A stretch of 64,000 nucleotides of DNA from Squalus acanthias (lineage: Eukaryota): positions 58,406,001-58,470,000 of the forward strand of contig CM059432.1 of NCBI GenBank assembly GCA_030390025.1. The letters are read 5' to 3'. The notes below the pieces were generated by a model. It saw only the letters and a program-made list of their open reading frames with translations, ran no database searches and was not told where the DNA came from. Of this stretch, positions 25,574-39,508 are shown in pieces (within the stretch, counting starts at the first letter, position 1; every line of letters starts with the position of its first letter). The translations under genes and the position numbers were made by a program.

Positions 25574-26339
25574 TTACAATTTCTGTTTAACCACATTTCC
25601 TTTCTCGCCTACCCAATTGCACATTACTTTGTTTAATAATGGCCGTAATTTTCTGGGGTCCGTGCGGGCGCGATAGGGTCGGGAGGGAAATTTGAAAAAC
25701 CTTGGAGCGAGTTGGGAACCCACCGTCATCTGGTCCCCACGTGTCTTTCCCTCGGACGCGTTTGCTAGCATGGCAGTGACCCAAACGGCAGAGGCGGGCG
25801 AGGTAATTGAGATCATTATGAGATACTTGTCAGACCCTTAAGCGTCTTTTTATCCCAACCTTTCAAATTTCCATGGATGAGCACGGGAATCACGCAGCTC
25901 GGGAACCACGTCTGTGAACCTGAGGCGGAAGTCTGGTGGCCATTGATCCAGCTCATCAGTGCACAGCATGAAAAGTACAATAAAAAGTCTCACCTGACAG
26001 CTGGCTACTTTCCTAAAGCAGATGCTGTTGCTGAGTGCATTGTCAGCACAGATTTAGCTTTCGAGAGGTTGCAAATGATTCCAGTAAAGTCGGGATCCAC
26101 TGTCACCTCATTGGTAGAACCTATCACACCATTGACAGATTGCTTCTGTCATCTCTACTTGATCTGCGAATCTATTCCATCAGCATTGGTGCCGTTTATA
26201 CTGTCTCACCTTGGTCCTCAGAAACGGACCATGATGAGCCCCAACACCAGCAGCACCAGGCGGCACACCAGCAGCACCAACAACAACACCTCCAACCTTC
26301 TCCTCAACCACCTGATGCTGCATAGGACAGAGGGCATCA

Positions 26340-27365
26340 GTGCAGGGCTGCACCACGCCGGAGGCGATACCCCCAACACAGGATATACAGGCAGAGGATG
26401 AGCTTCCTCAACATGACTGAGCAGCAGTGCCAAAGGAGGCTCAGGCTATCGCGCCAGGTTGTTGCAGACATTTTCACATTGCTGGAGCAAGACTTGCAGC
26501 CCAGAGGAGCAGGTGGACATCCTTTCAAGTGGCTGTCAAAGTCACGAGCACCCTCAACTTCTTCGACTCAGGCTCCTTCCAGGGATCTGCAGCAGACATT
26601 TGCGGCATCTTGCAGTCGGCCGCCCACACAGGTCACCGATGCCCTCTTTGACAAGTCAGCCAATTATATCAACTTTGCCACTGATGAAGCTCAGTGTTAC
26701 TCAGCTTTGTTGCTCTGGCTGGATTCCCACGGGTGCAGAGAGTCATCGACTGCACACATGTGGCCATCAGGGCACCTCATCATAACCCAGGAGTCTTTGT
26801 CAATTGCAAGGGCTTCCACTCCCTCAATGAGCAGCTCGTCTGCAACCATAGGAAGATCATCACGCATGTGTGTGCCAAATTCCCTGGCAGCTGCCATGAC
26901 TCGTCCTGCGCCAGTCCACCCTCCCTCAGCTCTTCGCTCCTCCAAACAGACTTTCCAGCTGGTTGCTTGGAGACAAGGGCTATCCACTGAAGATGTGGCA
27001 CATGACACCCCTGAGTAGACCAAGCACTGAGGCCCAGGAGAGATAAAATGAAAGCCACATTTCCACCAGATGTGTCATAGAGCAGACAATAGCCATGCTG
27101 AAAATGTGCTTCAGATGCCTTGACAGATCTGGAGGATCCCTTCAGTACGCACCAGCCAGGGTCTCCAGAATCATCGTGGTCTGCTGTGCTCTGCACAACA
27201 TAGCACAGCAGCGAGGATTAGCGCTGCACGAGGAGCAAGGCTATGAGCGCTCAGACTCTTCAGAGGAGGAGGAGGAGCAGAAGGAACCTGCGGTCCAGAT
27301 CCCACCCGAGCACATTGCTGCCCAGGAGGCCAGGGATGGCCTCAGCATGGCCAGATTTACTTACC
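26340..27365 (+). pseudogene. Harbinger transposase pseudogene (multiple frameshifts)
   Basis: [45 protein letters not shown] and IIVVCCALHN occur in different frames. Confidence 0.9.
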
Positions 27366-27599
27366 TTCACGCATTACACCCATATGGCTGCCATATGCTG
27401 TGCCAGGTTGGCACCATCCCACAGCAACATCATAAAGTATCCCTACAATGACCAAGCCATTTCTTTCACACTGACCACCATTGCTGGAGGTAACATTATG
27501 TCCCACCATTCACTCCAACTCACTAAGCCACTTCCAAAGTTGCACACAAATTTATCCATGACCGGAAAGTGGTGAAAATAAATAGTTTTATGCGTGACA

Positions 27600-27696
27600 A
27601 ATGTGAGAAGTCGCACAACACCAGGTTATAGTCCAACAGCTTTATTTGAAATCACAAGCTTTTGGAGTGCTGCTCCTTTGTCAGGTGAATCGTCAG
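27600..27696 (-). mobile_element. 97 bp Penelope-type pLTR insertion with degenerate hammerhead, 15 bp TSD
   Basis: GTTTTATGCGTGACA at 27585-27599 and 27697-27711. Minus strand reads CAC-CTGACAA-AGGAGCAGCACTCC-AAAAG-CTT-GTG. Confidence 0.75.
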
Positions 27697-27774
27697 GTTT
27701 TATGCGTGACATCAGAGTAACGGAAACTTTACAGAAACATTTATTAAAACACCCAAGTGTCTACCCTTGTGCAT

Positions 27775-29615
27775 CTATCTCTTACACCTGCTTTTACGAG
27801 GTGCAACCCCTGTGGCTTCAGCAGAAGTAGAGGCAGCCTGCTCATTTCCCTGCTGCGACTGCATAGACACTTTTGGCGGATGTCCTCCGGGTTTTGGAGC
27901 CTGTGATGGCCCCGCCAAAGTCTGCTCCTCCTGCGACTGTGCAGGGGCAGACTCGGCCATCGCGATCCGAGGAGCCATCTGGGGCTCTGACTGAGCGGGG
28001 GGCAACGGGGGAGAAGTGTGAGTGTTTTTAGAGGAGCCCTCACTCTCATGTCCCCTCTCACCATCATCCCTCTGATGGGCCACCCGCACTTCCCTGCTAG
28101 CAAGGAGCTGGAGAGCACCTTACTGCACATCAGTGGGGCCATGAGGACCCACACCTACGTTGACATCCCTCCTAAAGAGGAGATCTATAAGCGTCTGCCA
28201 TCTATTCTCCATAGACAGCATGTGCTCCTGTGAGTGGCGCATTAGTTGCTCCATGTAGGTGGCCATCCTATCCATGGAAGAGCCTACAGTCGCCATCGCC
28301 TGCAACACGGTGGTGCTCGTGTTGGAGATGGACTCCTCCATTCTCTGCACATTTGCAGATATCGCAGTCGTAAACCCTGTCAAAGCCTTCTAGCTGCACC
28401 TCCAGGATCGCCGTCTTTCTGGATGGCCCCCAAGGCTCAGCTTCTGCATGCAGCTGAGCAGAGCTGGGAGAGTCCTGCACCCTCCAGTGAGTCTCCACTG
28501 CTGTCCCTGTCTCCACCATCTGCTCTTGCTCACTTATGAGGTGTGAGACACCAGGTGACAACTCTACTCTATGGTGCACAGGACCCATTGAGGTGTGCGT
28601 ATCTGCGCTGGTGCTGGCTGCGCTTCTGTCTGGTGACGGTGCGCCCTCAGAGGCTGGTGGCTCCTCTGAGGAATTGTCTTACTCTTCCTCCTGGACAGTG
28701 GGGGGGCTCTTGATGGACCTGTGGGAGAGTAAAGAGATGAGTTAGATATGCCATATCAAGAATGGGTACAGATATCCCATTATGCATATGTTGAACATTC
28801 ACTTGCTGCTGACATCAGTCCCCATATGAGTGATTGCTGTATGCCATGTGGCTGTCTGAGATGTAATTCTGTCATCAATGTTGCAGAGATGGTCCCCTCT
28901 CTCCGTCTCCCACCTCCAGCTGCTCTGCGACTCCCGACACTTCCAAGGCAACCTCCTCTGCTGCTGTTAAGGTGGCCAATGATTAAGGGCCACCTCCGGT
29001 TCTCTCCCTCTCCCTCTTACTGTGGGCTCTCTTTTCCTGCAAGGAGGGAAAGAAGAGAAGGTTGAGTGAGAGTGATGGAATGAGTGTAAGGAATGAATGG
29101 GTCTTTAGAGGGTGACTATGATGGAGTGGGGTGACAATGCCAAGTGGCCTCCTTGTGTGTTGTTAGTTGGTATGATTGCATTAGGATGAGGGTGCGTGTG
29201 AGGGGTGGTTAGTCAGATGGGGATGTGATAATGTAGACAGAGAGAGAGGGATGGGTGGACATGCAAGGTATGTTGGTGTGAGTAAGGATGGGCAGGAGTA
29301 GGATTGAGTAAGCAGAGTGAAGGGGATGTGATGAGATGCACAGCAGAATGAAGTTGAGTGTGGCTTTGCACTTGCCTTTCCTGATCTAATGAGATCATTG
29401 AAACGTTTGCGGCACTGCACCCAGGTCCTCCTCACAGCATCCTTGCTGTTGACCTCCTCTGCTATTTGGAGCTAGGCTCCTTTGGTCTGTTGGGGAGGTC
29501 TCTTCTGCCCATCGGAAGGGAAGAGGACCTCCCTGCGTGGTCTCACTGCCTCCACAAGCATATGGAGGGAGTCAGCTGAGAACCTGGGTGCAGCCTTCTG
29601 TCTCTGTGCAGTCAT
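27775..29615 (-). pseudogene. Harbinger Myb/SANT gene pseudogene
   Basis: MTAQRQKAAPRFSADSL...RTWVQCRKRFNDLIRSGK with an internal stop and a GC donor. Confidence 0.8.
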
Positions 29616-29960
29616 GTTTAAAATTCTTTGTAACACTCCAATTGTGCAGTGCAGTGCCTGCACTATCCTAGATGAGCCTTCAAATGCAATTTGGCCAAGG
29701 CCCCTTTAAATATCCCGGCTGAAGGCATGTCATCGATGACGTCATCAGACCCGCACCATTTAATAGGGCCATTAACGGAAAGTCGATCTTAGGAGCGGGA
29801 TGGAATGAAGAACGGGGTCGTGACCTGCCACGGCGACTGCCCACACCCGACCCACCCAGGTACAGAAAATTCCAGCCAATGTTTATTTTATGAAGGATGT
29901 GGTTCCAAGATTTGCAGAATCCAATGGAAATTAATATCAGGACAACCTGATGAAAATATT

Positions 29961-31314
29961 GGCCCAGAATTTGCGGTTCTGATGACGGTGAACTGGCAGC
30001 GTTCGCTGTCACTTCACCTTTCAAACTGACGGCAACTCCAGGATTTAGCGTATGCACAGCCTAATACAGAAATCCTGAAGCTGCGGTCTGTCATTCACTG
30101 CTCCTCCGCAGGCTGCGCTGTGCCCCCACCACCCCACCTCACCCCACCCCGAACAAATAGCCGGCAATTAGTGTAATCTCTCAAATCAGGGAAACTGACG
30201 AAAACTTCAGCTCTTCCACAGTTAAATTCCCCACTGAAAGTTAGACGCAAAGGGATTAGGTGTAACTTGGGTTTTAACAGCGTATTGACTGCTGAACAAA
30301 AGTTATGGGTCTGAAAAACTAATTTAAATTTTGTGCCGTGTCAAATTTATCCATTTTAATAAACAATAAGGGAGAGAAATTCATTATCGCCCCGTTTGGG
30401 GCGCTAAAACTTCAAAAGCTGAAAAATTAGCGCCAGGCGGTACTGGCAGAGCGCGAGACAATTTGCAGCGCATTCCAGAGGGCACTCTTCAATCACAGAG
30501 GCTGCTTCCCTCGCTTAAAGGGAAGGGACAATACTGCACCAGAAGTTATTTGTCGCCACTGCAGTCTTGCAAGGCGACAGTCAATACAGCCCCAAACACT
30601 GTCACAAAGTGGAGGGCTTGGACATCCTGCAATAATGAAAGAGTGAAAACTTTGCGCAAGCACCAGACTGGTGCAAATAACGGTTCAGCGATCTGAAAAG
30701 CATTCCCTTTAATTACCGTTCCCAAAGCGGCCATCCCACTTCAGAATGCCTCCTCTTGCTGACATTGTCAGCGCAAGGCGATAATGCAGTCGGCGAAAGT
30801 CAATTTCACATCCGGGGTGGTAACATGGCGCTGCGCACTTGATGATGTCACGATCTACAGGGCGCTAGAGACCGAGGCGTTAAGTGTTAGCGCCAGCGCG
30901 AAACCACCCGGAAAGTCCACGGGCGTCGCTGATTTCTCCGCGCCCGGTCGGTAACCACTTAGCGCCCCGTTACCGCCCCCGCAGGCGCTAATGGGAGGCG
31001 CAATTGCCTTTTCCCCATGTGAGAGCCCTAATCTTTGTTTTGCTCTCTCTAACCTTTTTAAAAGGTTAGAAGTTTAAGAGCTTACTCACTTCCTTGTTCT
31101 CTACCTGTGATTTTGCAGTTTATTGGCTGCTTAGACAGCTTGTTGACGTCACAGCAGCTCGCACTAGGGGATCCCCACTATACTCCATTGATTTGAATTA
31201 CACGTCGGAAAACCCGAACTTCTCAACACTGAGATCACGAGAACATTGTGTGAAGCTTACTTCGGGGTCGGTGGCGAACGACTTTGCTTCGCCGCTGACC
31301 ACAAATTCCGGGCC
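29961..31314. mobile_element. Harbinger-type MITE with nested Harbinger derivative (~30370-31016)
   Basis: TIRs GGCCCAGAATTTG / CAAATTCCGGGCC, TSD ATT. The inner element begins GGGAGAGAAATTCATTATCGCCCC. Confidence 0.8.
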
Positions 31315-31625
31315 ATTAGTTCTTCAATAGAAAGCTACTCCCTACTAATAAAAATAAATTAGAAATTAACAAAAATAATATGAGGCTAGAAATTACTGTT
31401 GGCAAGTTTATCAGACCAATATTTAACGCATTTCTATGACAGTTTCCTGTCTACTATCTTAGCAAGGACATTAACACATTTATTTTAAACAGGTTTATTG
31501 GCTTCATTAAAATAATGAACAAGGGAATGTCATATGAACACATTAAGCTTTTGTTTGCTAAGACTACTACGAGTAATTTGGAGTTTATGATCTTGCAATT
31601 AAATAAATAGCATCATAGAATCATA

Positions 31626-32515
31626 GGGGGAGAAATTCAGTATCGCCCCATTTGGGGCGCAATTATTGGTCGGGCACAAAGATTAGCGCCTGGCGCTAAT
31701 TATCGCCTCCGACTGCAAACTTGACTTTTATCACCCCTGGAGGTGATTGGAGAGCTAAATCAGGCGCTTCACACCTGTCTTAAGGCGCAAAGGCCGAGGA
31801 GCGAGGCGCTACCTCAGAGCGCTGGCGAAGCTCATGTGATGTCAGTCAGCAATGGAACACACACACAATGGCGCCGGCCAGTTCTTAAAGGGGAGGGTTG
31901 ATCTTGCTTTCCATCCACATCCTGCTCATTGCAGCCTTGAATCTCAGCCTGGAGAGACCTGTGCATCAAAACTGCTGGAAAGAACAATGGAGAGGCCCAG
32001 GGAAAGAGCTCAGAGTGCAGCCCCCACAGTCTCTTCTAAATCGATACAAGGAAGGGCAAATCAAAATGAACCTGCAAAGTGCTGCTCAGTACCCAAAACT
32101 CCTTCACACAGCGTTGAATCACTCCAGAAGTCTGTCTCTCTCTCTCAGAATGCGTGGTTCAAAAATGTCTAAACAATAAAAGGCAGGAAGCGGTCACCTT
32201 TAAATAGCGCTCCCCCAGTCCCTTCCTGACTGCAAAACGCTCCCCTCAACCTGTCGTTGCTAGTGGCAGGCGGTAAGGCAGGGGGCGCCACTCAATATCC
32301 ACTCCAGGGAGCTGCCGGGGCGTTGTGCACTCGACTGACGTCACGATCTGCCGGCGCAGGAGATCGTGGCAGTAGTGTTTAGCGCCGCTGCAAAATGTCT
32401 AGTTAATTTCGCGAGCGGCACAAACATCGCCGTGCCCGGGCGCTAGTTGCTTTGCACCCCATTAGCGCCCTCTTAAGGTGCTAACGGGAGGCGCAGCCAA
32501 CTGAATTTTTCCCCC
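31626..32515 (-). mobile_element. 890 bp non-autonomous deletion derivative of Harbinger family A, inserted in a CR1 (ATCATAGA)n tail
   Basis: TIRs GGGGGAGAAATTCAG / CTGAATTTTTCCCCC, TSD ATA. The left ~370 bp is the reverse complement of 3420-3794. Confidence 0.92.
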
Positions 32516-32631
32516 ATAGAATCATAGAATGGTTACAGCACAGAAGGAGGCCATCCCGACCGCTTTCTAGCGCCCCCGCTCCCGGCCCGCCTCCAGATTA
32601 AAATTTCGGCCGATGTCCAACCTTTGACAAT

Positions 32632-35465
32632 CATAGAATTATAGAATCATAGAATGGTTACAGCACGGAAGAAGGCCATTCGGCCCGTCGAGCTGGCTCT
32701 CTGCAAGAGCATTTCAGCTAGTCCCACTCACCTGCCCTTTCCCCGTAGCCCTGCAAATTTTTTTCCGTCAGGTACTTTACCACTTTCCTTTTGAAAGCCA
32801 CGATTGAATCTTTCAGGCAGTGCATTTCAGATCCTAACCACTCGCTGCGTAAAAAAGTTTTTCCTCATGTCGCCATTGGTTCTTCTGTGTCCTCTGGTTC
32901 TCGACCCTTCCACCAATGGGAACAGTTTCTCTCTATCTACTCTGTCTAGACCCCTCATGATTTTGAACACCTCTATCAAATCTTCTCTCAACCTTCTCTG
33001 CTCTAAGGAGAACAACCCCAGCTTCTCCAGTCTATCCACGTAACTGAAGTTCCTCATCTCCGGAATCAATCTCGTAAATCTTTTCTGCATCCTCTCTAAG
33101 GCCTTCGCGTCTTTCCTAAAGTGCGGTGCCCAGAATTGGACACAATACTCCAGTTGAGGTCGAACCAGTGTTTTATAAAGGTTCATCATAACTTCCTTGC
33201 CTTTGTACTCTATGCTTCTATTTATAAAGCCCAGGATCTCGTATGTTTTTTTAACCGCTTTCTCAACCTGCCCTGCCACCTTCAATGATTTGTGCACATT
33301 TACCCCCAGGTCTCTCTGTTCATGCACCCCCTACAGGATTGTACCCTTTAGTTTATATTGCCTCTCCTCGTTCTTTCTACCAAAATGTATCACTTCGCAC
33401 TTTTCTGCATTAAATTTCATCTGCCACGTTTCCGCCCATTCCACCAGCCTGTCTATGTCCTCTTGAAGTCTATCACTATCCTCCTCACTGTTCACTATAC
33501 TTCCAAGTTTTGTGTCATCTGCAAATTTTGAAATTGTGCCCTATACACCCAAGTCTAAATCATTAATATATATCAAGAAAAGCAGTGGTCCTAGAACCGA
33601 CCCCTGGGGAACCACACTGTGTACCTTCCTCCAGTCCGATAAACAACCGTTCACCACTACTCTCTGTTTCCTGTCACTTAGCCAATTTGCTGCCACTGTC
33701 CCTTTTATTCCATGGGCTTCAAATTTGCTGGCAAGCCTATTATGTAGCATTTTAATTAGCGCACAGTGACTATTAATTTTGACCTGAATTATCGTTTCTA
33801 AACACTTCCCCACTACCAAGGTTAAACTGCCTGGCCTGTAGTTGCTGAGTTTATGTTTACACCCTTTTTTGAACAAGGGTGTACCATTTGCAATTCTTCA
33901 GTCCTCTGGCACCAGCCCCGTATCCAAGGAGGATTAGAAGATTATGGCTAGTACCTCTGCAATTTCCACCTTTACTTCCCTCAGCATCCTAGGATGCATC
34001 CCTTCCGGTCCTGGTGACTTATCTATGTTAAGTACAGCCAGCCTTTCTAGTACCTCCTCTTTATCAGTTTTTAGCCCACCCGGTATCTCAACTATCTCCT
34101 CTTTCACTATGACCTTGGCAGCATCTTCTTCCTTGGTAAAGACAGATGCAAAATATCCATTTAGTACCTCAGCCATGTCCTCTGCCTCCATGCGTAGGTC
34201 TCCTTTTTGGTCCCTAATCAGCCCCACCTCTCCTCTTAGTACCCATTTACAATTTATATGCCTATAGAAGACTTTTGGATTACCTTTTATTTTAGCTGCC
34301 AATCTATTCTCATACTCTCTCTTTGCTCGTCTTATTTCCTTTTTCACTTCCCTTCTGAACTTTCTATATTCAGCCTGGTTCGCATGTGTATTCTCAATCT
34401 GACATCTGTCATACGCCCCCTTTTCCTGCTTCATCTTACTCTCTATCTCTTTCATCATCCAGGGAGCTCTGGTGTTAGTTGCCCTACCTTTCTTCCTAGT
34501 GGGAATGTACCTCGACTCTACCTGAACCATCTCCTCTTTAAAGGCAGCCAATTGTTCAATTACAGTTTTGCCTGCCAATCTTTGATTCCAATTTACCCGG
34601 GCCAGATCCATTCTCAACCCACTGAAATTGGCCTTCCTCCAATTAAATATTTTTACTCTAGATTGCTCCCTGTCCTTTTCCATAGCTAATCTAAACCTTA
34701 TGATACTGTGACCACTGTTCCATAAATATCCACCTTCTGATATTTGCTCCACTTGACCCACCTCATTCCCCAGAACCAGATCCACCAATACCTCCTTCCT
34801 TCTTGGACTGGAAATGTACTGATGAAGAAAGTTCCCCTGAACACACTTCAGAAATTCTTCCCCCTCTCTGCCCTTTACACTATTACTATCCCAGTCTATA
34901 TTAGGATAGTTGAAGTCCCCCATTATCACTACTCTATAGTTCTTGCATCTCTCGTTAATTTCCCTGAAAATTTGCTCCTCTATATCCTTCCCACTAGTTG
35001 GCAGCCTATAGAATACACCTTGTAGTGTAATGGCACCTCTATTGTTTCTCAACTCTAACCAAATAGATTCTGTCCTTGACCCCTCCAGGACATCCTCTCT
35101 CTCCAGCACTGTAATATTCTCCTTAACCAATACTGCCACCCCACCTCCTTTCTTTCCTTCCCTATCTTTCCTGAACACCTTATATCCAGGAATATTTAAA
35201 ACCCAATCCAGCCCTTTTTTGAGCCAGGTCTCCGTTATCACCACGACATCATATTCCCATGTGTCTATTTGCGCCTGCAGCTCACCGACCTTATTTACCA
35301 CACTTCGTGCATTCACATACATGCTCTGCAAACCTATCTTAGACCTTCTTGCATTCTCTCTTAGTCTGACCCCACCTAATACCGTACTATTTCTTACTCT
35401 AGTGCTATGTGTCTCTCCCAATCCTTTATGCACCTTGTTTCTCCTTGCTAATGCTACATCCTGCT
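32632..35465 (-). mobile_element. CR1 LINE, nearly complete ORF2 (APE endonuclease + RT) with deletions and frameshifts
   Basis: YVNARSVVNK, ITETWL, GDFNYP, RT fragments and tail repeats at 32632-32655. Confidence 0.93.
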
Positions 35466-36570
35466 GCCCACAGGAGGTGTTGATGGTGTCCATAAAGAGC
35501 TCAGTAACTTGTAGCTTTGGGGATATTGAATAAAAAATCATAGTGTGGCAAAATCTTAATTTTCTTGTATTTCCTTGCCTTTTTTTTGCCTGATCTACAT
35601 CTTAAATTGATAGAGACTAGCCATTGGGCCAGTGATGAATGTAATAAGTGTATGTATCCCCCTGATTCCAGAAATATTGGCTTTCTGTATTGAGAATAAT
35701 TTTTTAAATGATAATAGTTGCCAATCTCTTTGCTAACTCAAACATCCTTCAGCATTTTTATCAACACAAACACAGAGATTTCACCTTTTGCTTTTTTTCC
35801 TGTTCTTTATCAATTTATAATGTTTGTTAAACATCTGAACTTTAGCCTGTATAAATTATTTTCTTGGTCCTCCTTCCTGTCTTAATTTATGAGCAATATT
35901 AGCAGGCCAGGAAACCTAGCTTCTGACATATATTTTACACTTCGCTAATCATGCACATTACCCTGCCATGAAGCTGAGTCCTTCTGTACAGAGAGTTCCT
36001 CATTATAACTTTATTAAAATTCATTGTCTGCAATGTGACAGTGAAAATCAGGCTAGACCAGCTGGCGTTGGCGTCAATAACTGTTAATGGATTCTAACAC
36101 TTGCATGTCTGCCTGCATCTAATGGTTCGCTTTACTGTCAGTCAATAGCTTTGGATTTATGCCAAATCTAGGGCAATTCAGACTTAATTTAATCTGCAAC
36201 TTTAATGGAGCTTTGAATAATACAGTACTCACATTGTACACTTATTTGTTTACTCGTGTAACATCGTCAGCAATCACGTTGCATAAATGGACAGTTGGTT
36301 TAGCTGTTTCAGTGAAGTGTTTCGTTCATAGAATTTTAAATTACATTAGTGTGTTAAGGTCATTGTACGTGTAAATTGAAATCAAAACTGATTACTACAG
36401 TTTGACTTATCTCACTACCGAATGTTTACAAGTGGCTAGTGTCAAGAGAAACAAGTCACAATTTCAAAAGGTACAAGAATTTTTTTCAGTATGAGGGTAG
36501 TCAGAGGAGAGGGGAGATTTCAAAAGGATACAAACAGGCCAAAAGCTGAGGATCAACATAAAATAGTTGA

Positions 36571-38140
36571 TTTTTTTTTAATTCGTTTATGAGATCTGGG
36601 CGTCGCTGGCAAGGCCAGCATTTATTGCCCATCCCTAATTGCCCTCAAGAAGGTGGTGGTGAGCCGCTTTCTTGAACCGCTGCAGTCCGTGTGGTGAAGG
36701 TACTCCCACAGTGCTGTTAGGTAGGGAGTTCCAGGATTTTGACCCAGCGACGATGAAGGATCGTCGATATATTTCCAAGTCAGGATGGTGTGTGACTTGA
36801 AGGGGAACTTGTAAGTGATGGTGTTCCCATGTGCCTGCTGCCCTTGTCCTTCTAGGTGGTAGAGGTCGCGGGTTTGGGAGGTGCTGTCGAAGAAGCCTTG
36901 GTGAGTTTCTGCAGTGCATCTTGTAGATGGTACACACTGCAGCCACGATACATCAGTGGTGGAGGAAGTGAATGTTTAAGGTGGTGGATGGGGTGCCAAT
37001 CAAACGGGCTGCTTTGTCCTGGATGGTGTCGAGCTTCTTGAGTGTTGTTGGAGCTGCACTCATTCAGGCAAATGGAGAGTATTCCATCACACTCCTTACT
37101 TGTGCCTTGTAGATGGTGGAAAGGCTTTGGGGAGTCAGGCGGTGAGACACTCACCACAGAATACCTAGCCTCTGACCTGCTCTTGTTGCCACAGTATTTA
37201 TGTGGCTGGTCCAGTTAGGTTTCTGGACAATGGTGACCCCCAGGGTGTTGATAGTGGGGGATTCGGCGATGGTAATGCCATTGAATGTCAAGGGGAGGTG
37301 GTTAGACTCGCGCTTGTTAGAGATAGTCATTGCCTGGCACTTCCATGGCGCGAATGTTATCTGCCACTTATCAGCCCAAGCCTGAACGTCGTCCAGGTCT
37401 TGTTGCATGCGGGCATGGACTGCTTCATTATCTGAGGAGATGTGAATGGCGCTGAACACTGTGCAGTCATCAGCAAACATCCCCATTTCTGACCTTATGT
37501 TGGAGGGAAGGTCATTGATGAAGCAGCCAAAGATGGTTGGGCCTAGGACACTGCCCTGAGGAACTCCTGCAGCAATGTCCTGGGGCTGTGATCATTGACC
37601 TTCAACCACCACAACCATCTTCCTTTGTGCTAGATATGACTCCAGCCAGTGGAGAGTTTTCCCCCCGATTCCCATTGACTTCAGTTTTACTAGGGCTTCT
37701 TGATGCCACACTTGGTCAAATGCTGCCTTGATGTCAAGGGCAGTCACTCTCACCTCACCTCTGGAATTCAGCTCCTTTGTCCATGTTTGGACCAAGGCTA
37801 TAATAAGGTCGGGAGCCGAGTGGTCTTGGCGGAACCCAAACTGGGCATCGGTGAGCAGGTTATTGGTGAGTAAGTGCCGCTTGATAGCACTGTTGATGAC
37901 ACCTTCCATCACTTTGCTGCTGATTGAGAGTAGACTGATGGGGCGGTAATTGGCTGGATTGGATTTGTCCTGCTTTTTGTGGACAGGACATACTTGGGCA
38001 GTTTTCCGCATTGTCGGATAGATGTCAGTGTTGTAGTTGTACTGGAACAGCTTGGCTAGAGGCACGGCTAGTTCTGGAGCACAAGTCTTCAGCACGACAG
38101 CCAGGATGTTGTCGGGGCCCACAGCCTTTGCTGTATCCAG
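36571..38140 (-). mobile_element. CR1-group LINE (second family), 3' part; interrupted by the LTR element and continuing at 46888-47075
   Basis: NYRPISLLS, QFGFR, LDIKAAFD and FADD motifs. The sequence resumes after the TSD. Confidence 0.9.
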
Positions 38141-39504
38141 TGTAGAATTCGCAATATATCGCGATTTTATAAATAAGGAGAAAACACATAGTTTCGTTCA
38201 AACAGCTTTATTTCAGCAGAATGCTGTCAGGTTTTCAAAGTGGACACAAGCAGCCTGTAAAATGGCCGCCGAGCATCGTGGCAGAAGCTTCCAGAATACA
38301 GTGGGCAGACAAGATGGCGTTCGAATAAACATTTCAGTATCAGATTGGTTAATACGCAGCAAACACTGATAAAGACAGGATGCAACCTGTCTGCATTCGA
38401 CACAATAGCAAAGATATAAGTGCTGGAATCATTTTCCATGCACAAGTAAGGACCATTGTAATGGGCAATCGAAGGCCCATCCAGACACAGCAATACACAT
38501 CAGTATTCGAGAAGGCCCCAAACCCAGTCAGGGAGACTCCTAGCCGGCTCGACAATGGGGAAAACATTAACGGCTACTTGGCCAGTTTAAGGTGCTACCG
38601 AAACCCATTAAAGGAAAGAATCGCCCCATGCTGGGAGTTTTGTGCACCAGCATTTCACAAAGGACAAACATTAAGATTTGAGCGGGAGATAAGGGAACAC
38701 AGCACTATAACTATAGTGAACAAATGTCCATCAAGGGCTTATTCTCTGGATTCGACTTATATCTCTGCTGACTCTTGACTCGGGCTGGACTCTTGACTGA
38801 TTGATCTCGCTGATGACTGCTGAACTTTTATTCTCCTATTCTGATCCTCGGGTATCGCTCTGCTGGACGAGCAGCCTTCTGTTTTTCTCTGGACTCTGTT
38901 GACTACGAGACGAGACGAGAAGAAGAGGAGAAGAATCCACGTACCGCCACGGTCAGTAAACCCCGACCGCGCCCGAAAATACAAGAAAGAACTGCAGCGA
39001 AACGAGCCGAGTGCCTTACTTTAAAATTCTCCGAGTTATCACGAGTGGTGAGCATGAGTCTCGATCCTACATATCTAGATTAGTGTAGGTATTAATAGGG
39101 GAGGGTGGTTTTAAGTTTTAAGGATAACTGTAATGTGTGCCCCCATCTATGATGTGTCGTTCGTTCCTCGTTTCCCTGAAATTAGTTACATAACTGCGTG
39201 TAAGATTGTACTGTCATTAATCTGTGCTTATGACATGTATTTCGTAATCTTAAATAATATGCAATAAAGATTTTCCATTTCGTACCATTCAACCGGGTCT
39301 ACCTGAGTTTTCTCTCCATTACTGCTCTCGCATCTAAGTCCAGTGTCAGAACCGTAAGGGCGAGTGGGTCGAACCACTCACAGGTGTCTAGTGCTCCCAG
39401 ACTGGCTGGAGACCAGAACAGGCAACAAGGCCTAACCTCGCACTAGCATCCAGGCTGCACAGAGCCACACGAATCTCACAGGCTGAGAGACGAAAACCCT
39501 TACA
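38141..39504 (+). repeat. 5' LTR (AATAAA at 39263)
   Basis: Direct repeat of 45524-46887. Confidence 0.97.
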
Positions 39505-39508
39505 GAAA

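Larger units (their letters stand above)
25641..29877 (+). mobile_element. Full-length but decayed Harbinger of a second family
   Basis: TIRs GGCCGTAATTTT / AAAATTCCAGCC, TSD AAT, two convergent genes. Confidence 0.9.

Noticed and set aside
38227..38984. ORFs of 72-132 aa inside the LTR (duplicated at 45610-46367)
   Set aside because: No recognisable motifs; the duplication just reflects LTR identity.
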